Positions 11,801-22,670 of a stretch of DNA of 64,000 bases are shown here, in pieces. Below the pieces are notes generated by a model. That model was not told the origin of the DNA, searched no databases, and was given only the letters and a program-made list of their open reading frames with translations. Position numbers and translations under genes: made by a program. Position 1 is the first letter of the stretch; every line of letters begins with the position of its first letter. The DNA is from a virus. Location: the IMG/VR virus record IMGVR_UViG_3300032245_001127; one strand, given 5' to 3'.

Positions 11801-14800
11801 AGCGATCCATCAATATTTTCTAATGTAATCGTTGTTCCTGATACTGCTTTTACTCTAAAGATTTTTAAATTTAATTGTTTTGAATGATTCGATCCATACG
11901 TTACAATTGTAGAAGTAATATTATTCTCAATTACATTCGATGTAACTGCTGGGTTTGCTCGAACAGCATCAAAGTTATACATGTGTACATGATGTCCTGG
12001 ACGAATACCAGAAGCACTTGATACTGTAAGTGTAAATGAACTGTCGCCAAGAGCATTTGTAACATTTGCAATTGTTAAAACTCGAGTCGCCGTATGTTCT
12101 TCGTTCTTTAATACATCACCGAAATAAAATGCTGGTTGTGATATACCATTCGCATCAGTTCTTGCTGGTGAATCTGATAAAACTGATTGAATAGTTGATT
12201 GTACGTTAAAGTTTAAATCTGCAGCACCAACTACTTTAGTTACACGGAAAACGTCAGCAGGTTTTATATAACTTGCATCAACTCTTGTATTATCAAAGAA
12301 AGCATAAAAATTCGTATCAGGTTTTAAATTCCAACCAACAAATGCAACTGGTCTTGTTCTTATAAAAGGAATATAAGATACATCTACAACTCTATCACCA
12401 TAATTAATAGAATTTGTTGTTCCTGAAAGAGATGTACGTATTCCCTCTCTTGATTGTGTTCCTGTTTGTGTAGTAATTGTTTCTTGAAATCCTGCGTTCC
12501 ATGTTTCGTAATTTCTTACTTGATCAGTTGAACCTGTCCAGTTATATGACCATTCATTCCACTGCGTTCCCATTACTCCTGCTTTTTCAGCAAGGAATCG
12601 AATCGCATCATATCCATTATTATCCGTTACTTGTAAATCAGGACGACGATCTGTTTCTTTCCAGAAATCTCCTTCTGGTGTTAATTCTATTTCTCCTTTG
12701 AAAGCACCAATCTTATATGGATTTACATCGATAGTTCTTGATGCGTTTGGATTAAATATGAAAGATGATTCTGTATATGGTAATGTAATTAAATCATTCG
12801 TTCTTTGATAATCTCTACTTGCTCTTTGTGGACCTGAATCTAGATTTTCAATTACATCTAATGCATCAGTAAAGTGCATTGGTCTTAATTCATTTTTCGC
12901 TGAATCAACTGCGATACGATAATCTGGATGTTGTACGTTTCCTACACCATGACCACTAAATTGATCAACAAGGAATCCGTTCTTAAATCTGTCTAATCCT
13001 GTAGTTGCTGATTTAATTGAATATGATTCAGTTTCTTTTTCTAAAAGAGTTAAACTTGTATAATATTCTAAATTTGAAATTCTTTTTTCTAAGAATCCAA
13101 TATCTCTCATCGTATAACGACGATTATCTCTTTTAAATAATACTACATCAGATGCTAATTTAGTATAAGCTGGTAAAAACACAGATCCTAATATCATTCC
13201 AGTTTTTGGATCTTCAGGTTGTTTTGGTTCTAATGCTGGCACTCCAGTTAATATATTAAAGTTTCCGACGCTATCAAGAACTATTTTATCCCAACGAGGA
13301 AGATAGTTTGCGATACTTGTATTAAAATCTGTTCCAATTTTTGGTATGCTTGGTGAAAATGTATTTAATCCTTCAATCACTGGACGATAATCAATTACGT
13401 CATGTAAAAATACAGTTGATGTAGTACCATCTGGGTTCGTAGATTTAAAAGATGGTATTTGATCGTAAGAAATAGTTGAACTATAACTATCTACTGAGAA
13501 ATAATTTCCTGTTCCACTATATGTGAAATATCTATAAGATACTCTTAAAGCACCTGTTGGAACACCTGCTCCTTCTTTTAAAACTAAAGCACCTTTTTGA
13601 TAATGTGTAGTTCTTTGACCATTATCTAATGTGAAACGATCTGTAATATCTACAGCCCCAGATGAAGAATATGCTGAATAGTTTCCTGGAGTCATACTTA
13701 CAGAAACGATATTAAATATATCTGCATGTGGTAATATAACTGATTTTGCAGTTACGTTAATCGCAGAAACTATATCTGCAGTTGTAGATGTAAGTGTTTT
13801 AATTTTTTCTCTTGCAGATACACCAGTTTGTAATATGCTTGTAATTAATGTGTAACTTCTTGCATTAGATAATCCTGAAATTGTAACTGTCTTACGATTT
13901 GAATCGTTATCAAATGCAATAGTTGAAGCAGAAATGTTTACAACTGTTTTTGCTACGTTATCAAATAATGTATAGTTAGTTAAATCTGAATCTGATAAAA
14001 AGAATTCTGTTGGGGTTGTGAGAGTATGAACCCACTCACCACCTGCGTTTGTTGTTGCAGTAATAGTTCTTCGAATCGTATGAGTTGAAGAAAGTACACT
14101 ATCTTGTGCAGTTGCTGAATCGTATCCACGTAATGTTTTAGTGTTTTCAATTCCTGTATCAAATACTAATGATGTATATTCAGGATTATAAACTGCAGTC
14201 GCACCACGAGCATAAACAACTCCTGTGTAATTTGCAGCTAAATTTCGATCAAGAGTTAAAGAAGTTGGAGATGCAATCGATAGTACATGACCAACAAATG
14301 TATTTGAAGTTGTAAGTAATACCGCATCACCCACTTTATATTCATCTTGAAATCTTGTTCCAACTCCTGTAAGAGTTGCAGCACCAGAAGTTCCTGATAC
14401 TGTTCCTAATAGTGGAACTAATGTCCCTGCAGTATTTTGATCAGTTGTACAATAGAAATTAATTACACCAGTCGCACCAACATCAGTAATCCATTTTACA
14501 TCTCTTTCAATGTTATATCCACTTTCTAATTTAATATCAAAAAGAGAAAGTTTAAATTCTGGTGATGAATAACTTGAAGAATGTAATTGAATAGAACGAA
14601 GTCTTGCTGTTCCGATTAAACCTGTTTTTCCTGAATTTGTTGTTGTTCCGATTGTTGGTGCAGATACGTGCATTGTTGAACCATTCCACAAATAAACTAA
14701 TCCATAAGTATCAACAGCTGGTAATCCAATCACACCTTCTACTAAAACATAATTTCCTACAGATGTTCCGATTGGTTGATCGTCAAGTCTTGATACGTGA

Positions 14801-16029
14801 CCATTTTCAATTCCATTAATTGGTCTTGCACGATTAATACTTAAATATTGAGAAATTGTGCTTTCAACTTCATATCCTTCGATATATGCTTTTCCTGGAT
14901 CTACAACGATTGCAACTTTGTCTGCACTTCCATATGTAACACCAGAAACTGGAGTCGCTGGACTCGCAGGGAACACACCTCTATTTGTTCCTGATATTAA
15001 ATGTTCTCTTGCTGTTAAATTAAATTTTGTTACTTCATAGCTACCAGATTCATCAAAAGTTCTTCTTGCGAATGTTTTTTCTATTTCAGCATATGATGTT
15101 TTTTCAACTTTGTGTTGAATAATACCATCTTTTACACGTAATAATTCTACAAATTTAATTGTGTCTGTAGAATCTATCGTTAATCTTTTTAGTGATAAAT
15201 TAATTTTATAACGATGAGCTCCTGGAGCAGCATAGTTATTACTTCCTTGAGCATTATCATTTAATGTTGAATCTTGTTCAGGTGTTACGATAGATTCAGT
15301 AACTTCAAACCCAACACGAGCAGTTACTGTGTTTGTAAATCTTCCAATATAAAGATGTAGTTCTTCAGTTGTAACAAAAAAGCCATCAATATAATAAATT
15401 CCTTGTTCAACTTCAACAGATGTTGCATATCCTAATACGTCTGTTGTTGAATTATTTGTATAAACTGTACCAGCAATACCAGTGTCACCGAATGTTCGAA
15501 TGGTAACTGATATATCTGTAGTTTGATTTGCTGTTAATCTATAATTGGCTGCTGTTGTGTTATCACTTGCGTATGCAGTAATAATTTCTCCTGGAATGAA
15601 ACGTTTAGTCGTTCCATCATCAGCAGTATCTTGAATTTTATAATAAAGAGTTGCAACATCGCTATCTCCTTCTACCATACATCCGCATTCAGATGTATCA
15701 AGTACTACTGCTTTTACACCAGAAGTTTGTCCAGTAATAACTTTATCTCTAAAAGATGTTAGATAAGATGATACGTTTGTATTTCCGAAAAGATCTTGAA
15801 GTTTTGCAAAATGAATTGTATTATCATAGTTCACTGCTCCAGGAACAACCATCGATCCATTTTTGAATATATGGTTTCCAAATCTACTTATTTGATTTTG
15901 AAGAAGTGTTTGAAGTTGAGTTAATTCTCGTGCTTGAACAGCATATCCTGGACGAAACAATACACGAAGAAACTGTTTCGTTTCATCGTAATCGTCAAAA
16001 TAAGGTGTTACATTGAAATTTATACTCAT
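8824..16029 (-). CDS. DUF4815/VrlC-like large virion structural protein
   Basis: PYFDDYDETKQFLRVLFRPGYAVQARELTQLQT N-terminus; NRRYTMRDIG.LEKRI..LEYY; DRFKNGFLVD; DPIAQTF. Confidence 0.9.
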   Translation of the reverse strand: MSINFNVTPYFDDYDETKQFLRVLFRPGYAVQARELTQLQTLLQNQISRFGNHIFKNGSMVVPGAVNYDNTIHFAKLQDLFGNTNVSSYLTSFRDKVITGQTSGVKAVVLDTSECGCMVEGDSDVATLYYKIQDTADDGTTKRFIPGEIITAYASDNTTAANYRLTANQTTDISVTIRTFGDTGIAGTVYTNNSTTDVLGYATSVEVEQGIYYIDGFFVTTEELHLYIGRFTNTVTARVGFEVTESIVTPEQDSTLNDNAQGSNNYAAPGAHRYKINLSLKRLTIDSTDTIKFVELLRVKDGIIQHKVEKTSYAEIEKTFARRTFDESGSYEVTKFNLTAREHLISGTNRGVFPASPATPVSGVTYGSADKVAIVVDPGKAYIEGYEVESTISQYLSINRARPINGIENGHVSRLDDQPIGTSVGNYVLVEGVIGLPAVDTYGLVYLWNGSTMHVSAPTIGTTTNSGKTGLIGTARLRSIQLHSSSYSSPEFKLSLFDIKLESGYNIERDVKWITDVGATGVINFYCTTDQNTAGTLVPLLGTVSGTSGAATLTGVGTRFQDEYKVGDAVLLTTSNTFVGHVLSIASPTSLTLDRNLAANYTGVVYARGATAVYNPEYTSLVFDTGIENTKTLRGYDSATAQDSVLSSTHTIRRTITATTNAGGEWVHTLTTPTEFFLSDSDLTNYTLFDNVAKTVVNISASTIAFDNDSNRKTVTISGLSNARSYTLITSILQTGVSAREKIKTLTSTTADIVSAINVTAKSVILPHADIFNIVSVSMTPGNYSAYSSSGAVDITDRFTLDNGQRTTHYQKGALVLKEGAGVPTGALRVSYRYFTYSGTGNYFSVDSYSSTISYDQIPSFKSTNPDGTTSTVFLHDVIDYRPVIEGLNTFSPSIPKIGTDFNTSIANYLPRWDKIVLDSVGNFNILTGVPALEPKQPEDPKTGMILGSVFLPAYTKLASDVVLFKRDNRRYTMRDIGFLEKRISNLEYYTSLTLLEKETESYSIKSATTGLDRFKNGFLVDQFSGHGVGNVQHPDYRIAVDSAKNELRPMHFTDALDVIENLDSGPQRASRDYQRTNDLITLPYTESSFIFNPNASRTIDVNPYKIGAFKGEIELTPEGDFWKETDRRPDLQVTDNNGYDAIRFLAEKAGVMGTQWNEWSYNWTGSTDQVRNYETWNAGFQETITTQTGTQSREGIRTSLSGTTNSINYGDRVVDVSYIPFIRTRPVAFVGWNLKPDTNFYAFFDNTRVDASYIKPADVFRVTKVVGAADLNFNVQSTIQSVLSDSPARTDANGISQPAFYFGDVLKNEEHTATRVLTIANVTNALGDSSFTLTVSSASGIRPGHHVHMYNFDAVRANPAVTSNVIENNITSTIVTYGSNHSKQLNLKIFRVKAVSGTTITLENIDGSLIYPFDAYSTTAYAAGDGGKLQRLQASAVANFEGYRTSSTVRDLHMINIKRGFAIGDVLVGEVDIGNGARNRVTITSINGSTDASTPPTLKTTGSQLRTDVNGSICGVFTIPSPNFRTGERTFKLIDNVSNSEFDFDSKGSATYIASGTTLSKERTIVNSRDVRFVQDRLFEEIPARRTTTTTRLLYTIRRGHDPIAQTFVVSSKGGAFVSSVDLYFEEAGNRPIIVELRVTNNGVPSSRVVPFTTITKNPNEINISSNGSVATNFKFLAPVYLQDNETYAIVVRTDEPGAKIFISELGKTDLQTTNIITQQPLTGSLYLSQNSSEFQINPLLDMKFRLYSCTFDTGVIADVELKANPPITFNLDENPFEFTPNSPHVRVKARNHGFTFNDIAVISGVPVGIYGADGVNGAPNTLLNGSHLVLAEGLTKDSFVVQLQTTDPNSTNLLTGTTANFIKGNYGGTNVRCSRQLNLDALYLKTNDLTFTDTKIEYYISASDSANVATDFLPIVANENYYFNSRKIIKSYENQTVVSTSPLLKRPSLKIRARLFSTNANLSPVIDLQKMSVYAISNSIDDKSSANLNVSGIDDRNILVSNTVTDADTFITGTGTITTSTSSTSVSGSGTLFTTEARVGDTIRVGNTAIGVISSITNATTIVLTANALATNASGVAYEIVSRGVVEISNNNSGNGQLVTWIDAADNLLANTQIGADLILNSVRTGINGTYNIANVVEERSLDRYAGSADGNKVTVTFNSAFSSLPTTNTIYLDVVHDWLEFDLEGTQSSSSSSTSVSSSADNTSRIAAGDILISTTLYETVTPDGGSKQRLEKKVVGTVASVTSGTITLTGNATTTITTTKMAIRRTCASWSIKQYDAYVSDFAPTGATNLANYITRTLTLTNPANNLKILFDANIPINTNLKLYYRTWNDEVVLSKLRWIDTGFTASSKDSIDVFKERIHTLESLSAYKNIQIKIVFKSSNSVYVPKVKNLRVISYS

Positions 16030-16068
16030 GCTATTTTCTGTTATATAAAAAGAACCGAACTAAATCGA

Positions 16069-17472
16069 TTACATTTCAACTATGATTTTAATATCTTCGA
16101 TTTGGTCTATCGCACGATTAATCGGTCTTCTATTCTCAACGTAGATAACATCGCCACTGTCAGCTTGAATTTCTGGATTTGTTAATGCTCCAGAAGTAAA
16201 TGTTACAGCGACTGGTGTTACTCCATCAGAAGCATACATCGTAATCGTTTCACTAGATTGAAATGATGCACCAGTTGGATTGTCTGTACGAGTTTGAATA
16301 TAACGAATTAAATTGCTCGCTGTATTGATTGATACGATACGACCTTTTGCGTTTGATGTACCACCTGATATAATTCGATCAACTAATGGTGTTCCAACAA
16401 GAGATGAATATGCAACTTGTTTTGTTGCTGTTCTTGTTGAAAGAGTCGCAACGTTTGTAGTACCAAAGTTATAAGGATCACGAACTAATGTAATACGACG
16501 ATAGTCATTGTCAACTGGGAAGTCGCCAGAACCATCATTGTATTCTAATCTTACGTTCATCATTACATAAAATGCACCTAATTCTTTTACTGAATCAGAA
16601 CCATGTCCACCTTTTGGTGAAATGATTGCAGATGCTGCAGCATTCGCTCCAGAACCACCTGAGAAAGAAACAGTTGCATATGTGTAACCAGAACCACCAG
16701 ATGTAATTGTTACACCAGTGATTGTGTTACTTCCTGGATCTCTTACAGCTGTTGCTGTTGCACCAGTACCATCACCAATAATAGTTACTAATGGTGTTCC
16801 TGAGTATCCTGAACCAGCATTTGTTACTTTTATAAAATCAATTCTTCCGTCGACGGCAGCTTGTTCAACAAGATATTGATTATAGTAAGCATCTGTAGAT
16901 CCTGGATTAGATCCGATCTTTTTAACTGGAATAAAATCTGTAGAAACAAATTTTAAAACGTTTGCTGGAGAAACTGTGAACATATATTTCCACTTATAAC
17001 TGTCCGCAGTTGTAATAATTGATGTGCCTGTTCCTGTTGGTTTTGTAGTTGAAGCAGCACCACTATTATTTGAAATACATTTATAAACATTGTATTCGTC
17101 TGTAATTACATAATAGTTTGCATCAAATAAAGTTGCAGGTGTTGTTGCTCCACCAGAGTCAATGTTTACACCAGCAGTAGTTCCATTGTAATCGTGGCGA
17201 TACATATCATAATATTTTCCTGAAGTCCAATCACGTCTTGGAATAGAAAGGATTACATCAGATGCTTGAACTCGCTTTAAAGCGATCATATCATCCCAGT
17301 AATATAATTCGTCTGATACTGTATCTTTTGGTGTATCTGGTAAATTGTCGTCAGTCCATGATTGTGGTCTTCCGATACCAAGATATATATTTGTTGCTGA
17401 AGATTCGTCAAAACCCTCTAAAAATGATTGCGCATTATGAATGCGAAATTTATTTGAAATAATTGCTGCCAT
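16069..17472 (-). CDS. gp8: Baseplate wedge subunit gp8
   Basis: YNVYKCISN, DSYKWKYMF, PKGGHGSD, IYVENRRPINR; position before gp7. Confidence 0.9.
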   Translation of the reverse strand: MAAIISNKFRIHNAQSFLEGFDESSATNIYLGIGRPQSWTDDNLPDTPKDTVSDELYYWDDMIALKRVQASDVILSIPRRDWTSGKYYDMYRHDYNGTTAGVNIDSGGATTPATLFDANYYVITDEYNVYKCISNNSGAASTTKPTGTGTSIITTADSYKWKYMFTVSPANVLKFVSTDFIPVKKIGSNPGSTDAYYNQYLVEQAAVDGRIDFIKVTNAGSGYSGTPLVTIIGDGTGATATAVRDPGSNTITGVTITSGGSGYTYATVSFSGGSGANAAASAIISPKGGHGSDSVKELGAFYVMMNVRLEYNDGSGDFPVDNDYRRITLVRDPYNFGTTNVATLSTRTATKQVAYSSLVGTPLVDRIISGGTSNAKGRIVSINTASNLIRYIQTRTDNPTGASFQSSETITMYASDGVTPVAVTFTSGALTNPEIQADSGDVIYVENRRPINRAIDQIEDIKIIVEM

Positions 17473-17490
17473 GTTTGTTTTCCTGTAATT

Positions 17491-20109
17491 TTAAGTATAT
17501 AAATCAAATTTAAGAGTATCGACATCCCATTTATATTCTGTTGTATCGAACTCAACACTGTCTGCGTCAAACGTATATGTATCATCCCATGTAAAACGAG
17601 CATCGTCTGTGGAGAATCTTAATGCCGATGCAGGTAATCTAATGATACCTATTTCTGACTCAATTGCAAAATTGACTTTTCTATATGGACTATTTAGTAC
17701 ATCTGAAACAGTCAAACTACCAAAATCTTTAATTTGTGTATTTCCAATCCCCCAGTAGTTATAATTAGGATTCGGATACGTATTAATTACTCCATACGTC
17801 GAAGTAGTATAAGCAGGTGTTCCGTCTATATTTGCGTATTTTGTACCAAATACCGATGGTTTATGCGTAAATTTGTATCTTTCAAGATCAACTAGATTGG
17901 CTCCTGCTCTTCTTGCAGAACCATCAAAAGCTGGACTTGATCTTTCAACTAAATTCGTTTGATTCGAACGATATAATACTTGATCAGTAACCTTTGAACG
18001 AGTAATAATCGTTTTTGCCTGCTCGAATCCAATTACTTCAGGTCTTAGATCAAGTAAATGAATTTGATCAATAGGCAAGTTCGGGAAGTTAAGAATTGGT
18101 AAAAATTCACTCGAACTAATACTTATATTTAGGTGACTCACTATGAAATCTGTTAAATAAAGTGTTATTTGTTCTTTATTTGCAGAAGCATAGACTTCAT
18201 AAGCAGTTCTATAATTTCCAACTGCTCGCATTTTAGCATCAATAATTTTTCGAACTGTATAGTTAATTGAGCTTGAATGAATAGATGCTCGAGAAGTTGC
18301 AGTAGATTTAAGTTTTACTTCTCCGAAAAGTGCTAATCCGATTGGATGCAATAGTTTTTTAACTGCATCACGATATTGATTAATACTTTGTCCTACTTTA
18401 ATTACATATGAATAATCTTGATAATATAGTGAATCTTGAATTCTTTTGCTTGATTCTGATATCTTTCCGTCTGTATTACTAAATCCACCAATTTGTTTTC
18501 CGACGGCACCAACACTAGCTCGAATAGATGGATTATTTACAGAAGTAATTACTGCAGTGGTATTCGAAACTGTACCTCGAATATCCATATGTTTTATAAA
18601 ATAGCCCGATTCTTCACGAACAAATATATCTTCATCTTCATCAAGTAAATAGCCTGAACCATCTTCGAGTAAATAACCACCGAATGATGTAGATTCTTTT
18701 AATTTAATTAAATGTAAATCCCCATCAATATTTTCAAGAATACCAGAAGCATTTTGTTGTTTCTCTGAAAGGAATTTTTCTCCACTCTCTAATAATAAAT
18801 TATCATCTAGGCTGGTTTCTAAACCTAACTTTTGTGGAAGCGAAACGATCGATTCACCAACAATAAAATTTCCTGATGGGTTTTTAATTACAGCATAGGT
18901 TGGTATTTGTAAATTTGGAGGATTAATGTAATTAAACCCAGATTCTGGAACTACAATACTTGAAATTGTTCCAATATCATTTGACTCTGCTAATACTTTA
19001 CCACCAGTTCTTCCTGCTCCAGTTGGTAATGAAACTTTAGGAAGTCGATTGTAAAAAAATCCACCATTAATAACAGTTACTTTTTTGATCGGTCCAGAAT
19101 TAGAAGTTTCGATATCTAATTCTCCTAATGACTCACTTAAAATTTTACCTCCACCTTCAAGTAATAAACTATCTCTATCTATTTCTGTTATATTTGCGAC
19201 TGCACTTAAACTTGGAGAATTTTCTGGTCCACCAGTTCCAGTATTATCGAAAAGAATAGGATCGCCAATTAAATATCCAGTTCCTCTATTTGCAATTGTA
19301 ATATTTGTTACAGATCCTGGAAGAATAGTTGCTACTTCAGCACGAGCAAGTGCTCCTGTTGAAGATATAAATCCGATTAAATCACCAACTGTATAATAAG
19401 ATCCTCCACTTGTAATATCAAAATCATTAATGATAGATAAAACGTTACAACTAACAACCGAATTGTCAATATTAGATCTTGATGTAATCGTAAAAGATTC
19501 AGAATCCGTTTGAGAGTAAAAAACTCCAGTAATACTATCTTCTGATAAAGTTAATTCTGAAATAGTTGTTCCTAGATAATCAAATTCTGTAACGTTTTCA
19601 ACTCGAGCTGTTGCAATCTGTACACTACCATCTTGATAGTTTCTTGTTTGAGTGATTGTTTGTCCAACGATATTTCTCGCGTCCCCAATAATTGAAGTTG
19701 CTCTTAAAATGTTTCTTTGACTCCATTTACCATCAGAAACACGAAGCATATCGATTTTAGGATAATATACTTCTGCGTCTTCATTAAAAAGTATTCGGAA
19801 TAAAAACTTATAAGAGTTCTCTGTACCTTTACTTAAATATAAATTCTTAATATTTTTAGCTAAGAATCTTTTATTTGAAATTATATCTTGTGGGATTGGT
19901 GCAAGTATTTCTTTTTTAAAATAGTCTATAAAAAAATCTACTGTATTATCGATATCTTTAATATCTTCAAGATTAGATTGTGGATAAAAGTTTTCAAGCC
20001 ACTCGTAGTATGCTTTAAGAAAATCTACAAATTTAGTATTTTCTTCACGAATAAATTCGGGAACTTGTTTTGATACTACTGTTGATGCTTTCGCTTTTAC
20101 GTATGCCAT
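17491..20109 (-). CDS. gp7: Baseplate wedge subunit gp7
   Basis: QVPEFIRE..FLKAYYEWLE, YLSKGTENSYKFLFR, IQDSLYYQDYSYV, VKKLLHPIG. Confidence 0.85.
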   Translation of the reverse strand: MAYVKAKASTVVSKQVPEFIREENTKFVDFLKAYYEWLENFYPQSNLEDIKDIDNTVDFFIDYFKKEILAPIPQDIISNKRFLAKNIKNLYLSKGTENSYKFLFRILFNEDAEVYYPKIDMLRVSDGKWSQRNILRATSIIGDARNIVGQTITQTRNYQDGSVQIATARVENVTEFDYLGTTISELTLSEDSITGVFYSQTDSESFTITSRSNIDNSVVSCNVLSIINDFDITSGGSYYTVGDLIGFISSTGALARAEVATILPGSVTNITIANRGTGYLIGDPILFDNTGTGGPENSPSLSAVANITEIDRDSLLLEGGGKILSESLGELDIETSNSGPIKKVTVINGGFFYNRLPKVSLPTGAGRTGGKVLAESNDIGTISSIVVPESGFNYINPPNLQIPTYAVIKNPSGNFIVGESIVSLPQKLGLETSLDDNLLLESGEKFLSEKQQNASGILENIDGDLHLIKLKESTSFGGYLLEDGSGYLLDEDEDIFVREESGYFIKHMDIRGTVSNTTAVITSVNNPSIRASVGAVGKQIGGFSNTDGKISESSKRIQDSLYYQDYSYVIKVGQSINQYRDAVKKLLHPIGLALFGEVKLKSTATSRASIHSSSINYTVRKIIDAKMRAVGNYRTAYEVYASANKEQITLYLTDFIVSHLNISISSSEFLPILNFPNLPIDQIHLLDLRPEVIGFEQAKTIITRSKVTDQVLYRSNQTNLVERSSPAFDGSARRAGANLVDLERYKFTHKPSVFGTKYANIDGTPAYTTSTYGVINTYPNPNYNYWGIGNTQIKDFGSLTVSDVLNSPYRKVNFAIESEIGIIRLPASALRFSTDDARFTWDDTYTFDADSVEFDTTEYKWDVDTLKFDLYT

Positions 20110-20111
20110 GT

Positions 20112-21959
20112 CTATCTACTAGATGTAAATATAAAGTCTTTACCTGAACTTGATTCGCCTGATGCTATTTTATCTGCAATTACATTTACAATAATATCTT
20201 GTTCACGAATAAAAGACAACTGATTTCTTACTGATATAACATCATATGAATTAGGTTCAGCTGTAAACACAATTTTTCCAAATGAATTTCCACTTGAAAT
20301 ATTGATGCTGTCTAATTGAATTTTTCCTGTAGTATAATCAACTGTTCCAATGTAATTTGGAGTATATACTTTTGCGTTTGAAGCTGTTAAATAATACAAT
20401 CTTAAATTTCCAATAGTATTATCTTCAATAAAGTAAGTATAATTGCTTCCTGCTATATTAAATCCAGAAGATGTAACTGCTGCAAAAGAATTTTGAGCAT
20501 TGGTATTATGATATAATGGATTATTTAATTTGATTGTATATTTTGTTGTATTATTAAAACTTGGTGTAAGTTCGTATTTAAGTTTAATTTTTGTTATATT
20601 CGAAACGATACTATCTTCAGAATTATCAATTAACTTAGATAAAGCTGATTCTCTAAAAATAGAATCAAAACGATTCAAATTAGTTGTATTGTAATTTTCA
20701 ATCACATCAGATACAAGTGTTTTAATAGTATCTGCACCACGTGTAGTTGCTTTTGGATTGTAATATACTGTTGAATCTACATTAATATAAAGTATTTCAG
20801 CATCAACTATTTCTGGTAATATAGAAACTAAATTTTTACTTTTTACAATATTTGTTATAATATCAGTTTTAGTAGATTGAGTAAGTGTAGTTCCTGTTTT
20901 TGGTTTAATACAAATAAATGCTTTTCCATAAATTGGTGGATCGTTTTCTTCGCCACCCCAAACAGAAATAGCATCAACGTTATTATATAATTTTGGTATA
21001 ATTACTTTATAATCATCAGCTGTTACTGCACGATTTTGAGCAGCATAATATCTTGGCGCATTGTATTTAATACTTTCGATAGATTCTGGTTCAGTTCCAC
21101 CAGCAGCTGGAGATGTTGTTGTGATTGTAACGTTTGCTGTATTTGTAAATGCGTTTCCTGTATAAGTGAATACACGTGAGTCGTTTGCTGCATTCTCATT
21201 GCATGAAAAATAATCTAAAGTTACAATCGAACCATTTGTTGGCTTATAACCAATTAAACCATCTCCAAAATAAATTTCGAATAAACCATCATCTCTTTCT
21301 TTTAAAAAATAAACTCTTGAATTTGCACTAACAGAAGTAAACCCATCATTTAAATTATAGATAGTTGTTGCTGCAGAGTTAGGATCTTCTTGAACTAATA
21401 CTTTTAATGTCGTAGTGTCTATTTTTGGATTCGGAAGAACATATGAAACGTTATTTCCAACTGTATATGTTCGAATTAAATTTGTTCCTTCGATTAATGT
21501 TACGTTCGAAAAAAGATATGTATTTAAAACAGATCTAGTTGTAGTAATTGCAGACTCTGTATTAAAATTATAATTAGTGCCATTATAGTTAGTACGGAAT
21601 ATTGTTCCTCTCGGAAGAACTATGGATGTTGGATTTCCTGATACGTTAGAAACTGAAATATTTACTGTTGCTTTTGCAGCAATTGAAGACTTTGGAATAT
21701 ACCCAAGCATTTTTGCTAATGATACTACAGAAGATCTTTTTACTGCTGAATCAAGAAACATCTCATTTACACTTAAATTATAATATAAAGCATTATAATG
21801 TGTATTATAAGCAAGAACATCCAAAAGAACTGACATTCCAGATCCTTCGAAATTATAGTCAGTAAATTCAGGTTGAGTTTTTAAATAGTTTTTTAAATTA
21901 CTTTTAATTTCGTCAAAATCTAATTCTGTTACTTTAATATTTTTATTTTGTGTTGCCAT
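20112..21959 (-). CDS. gp6: Baseplate wedge subunit gp6
   Basis: ELDFDEIK..FTDYNFEGSG..LAYNTHYNA; AQNRAVTADDY; VWGGEEN. Confidence 0.95.
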   Translation of the reverse strand: MATQNKNIKVTELDFDEIKSNLKNYLKTQPEFTDYNFEGSGMSVLLDVLAYNTHYNALYYNLSVNEMFLDSAVKRSSVVSLAKMLGYIPKSSIAAKATVNISVSNVSGNPTSIVLPRGTIFRTNYNGTNYNFNTESAITTTRSVLNTYLFSNVTLIEGTNLIRTYTVGNNVSYVLPNPKIDTTTLKVLVQEDPNSAATTIYNLNDGFTSVSANSRVYFLKERDDGLFEIYFGDGLIGYKPTNGSIVTLDYFSCNENAANDSRVFTYTGNAFTNTANVTITTTSPAAGGTEPESIESIKYNAPRYYAAQNRAVTADDYKVIIPKLYNNVDAISVWGGEENDPPIYGKAFICIKPKTGTTLTQSTKTDIITNIVKSKNLVSILPEIVDAEILYINVDSTVYYNPKATTRGADTIKTLVSDVIENYNTTNLNRFDSIFRESALSKLIDNSEDSIVSNITKIKLKYELTPSFNNTTKYTIKLNNPLYHNTNAQNSFAAVTSSGFNIAGSNYTYFIEDNTIGNLRLYYLTASNAKVYTPNYIGTVDYTTGKIQLDSINISSGNSFGKIVFTAEPNSYDVISVRNQLSFIREQDIIVNVIADKIASGESSSGKDFIFTSSR

Positions 21960-22351
21960 TATCGTGTTCTTTCTAGAGTTAAATTCAATTCAATTGGTGT
22001 AAAGGTATTAATGATTTTAAAGATTATCTTTACATCAACATAATTTTCATCAGGACGAATATTTACTATTACGTCAATTAGATCTGCTCTTGGTTCAAAA
22101 TTACGAATTACATCAACAATACTTCTTTTTAATAATGCTTTAGTCATTGGAGTTGCAGGTTCGAACAACAATGCGCGAACTTGAGATCCTATTTCACTAT
22201 GAAATGGTCGCTCGTAATTTCTTGTTAATACAAGATTTTTAATACTTTGTTTTACAGCAGTTTCATCGTATTTACGTGATATATCTCCATTTACTGGATG
22301 AGCAGTAAAATTTAAATCTAAATCGATGAATGTTCTTGAGTTATTTGCCAT
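21959..22351 (-). CDS. gp25: Baseplate wedge subunit gp25
   Basis: DLDLNF..AVKQSIKNLVLT..ERPF..FEPR; start moved to ATG 22351, downstream of a late promoter motif and clear of the PAAR gene. Confidence 0.92.
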   Translation of the reverse strand: MANNSRTFIDLDLNFTAHPVNGDISRKYDETAVKQSIKNLVLTRNYERPFHSEIGSQVRALLFEPATPMTKALLKRSIVDVIRNFEPRADLIDVIVNIRPDENYVDVKIIFKIINTFTPIELNLTLERTR

Positions 22352-22364
22352 AGCATTATTTAGG

Positions 22365-22670
22365 TTATCCACCTATAAAAACTTTGTTACTTCCAGAGCC
22401 TATTTTATCACCACAAGCAATATTATCAAAAGTTCTACTCGCTGGATATCCTTCGATCGTTACTTTCGTTGAACCAGTCGAAACTTTACGTTGAACACCA
22501 GCATGCGTAATTAATAAGCAAGTATGACTAATATAGATTGTTCTATTCGTTTGTACTACTGGTTTTCCCTGAATAGTCGTCTTTAATGAGAACGGACCAC
22601 TCGGAAGTCTTGCTGGCCAACATCCATGACCAGTCGAAAGTGTAGTCGAAATTGCAGCTGGTTTTAACAT
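22365..22670 (-). CDS. PAAR spike tip protein (gp5.4-like)
   Basis: GHGCWP, HTC...H, GSTKVTIEG, ACGD..GSNKVFIGG; directly after gp5. Confidence 0.9.
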   Translation of the reverse strand: MLKPAAISTTLSTGHGCWPARLPSGPFSLKTTIQGKPVVQTNRTIYISHTCLLITHAGVQRKVSTGSTKVTIEGYPASRTFDNIACGDKIGSGSNKVFIGG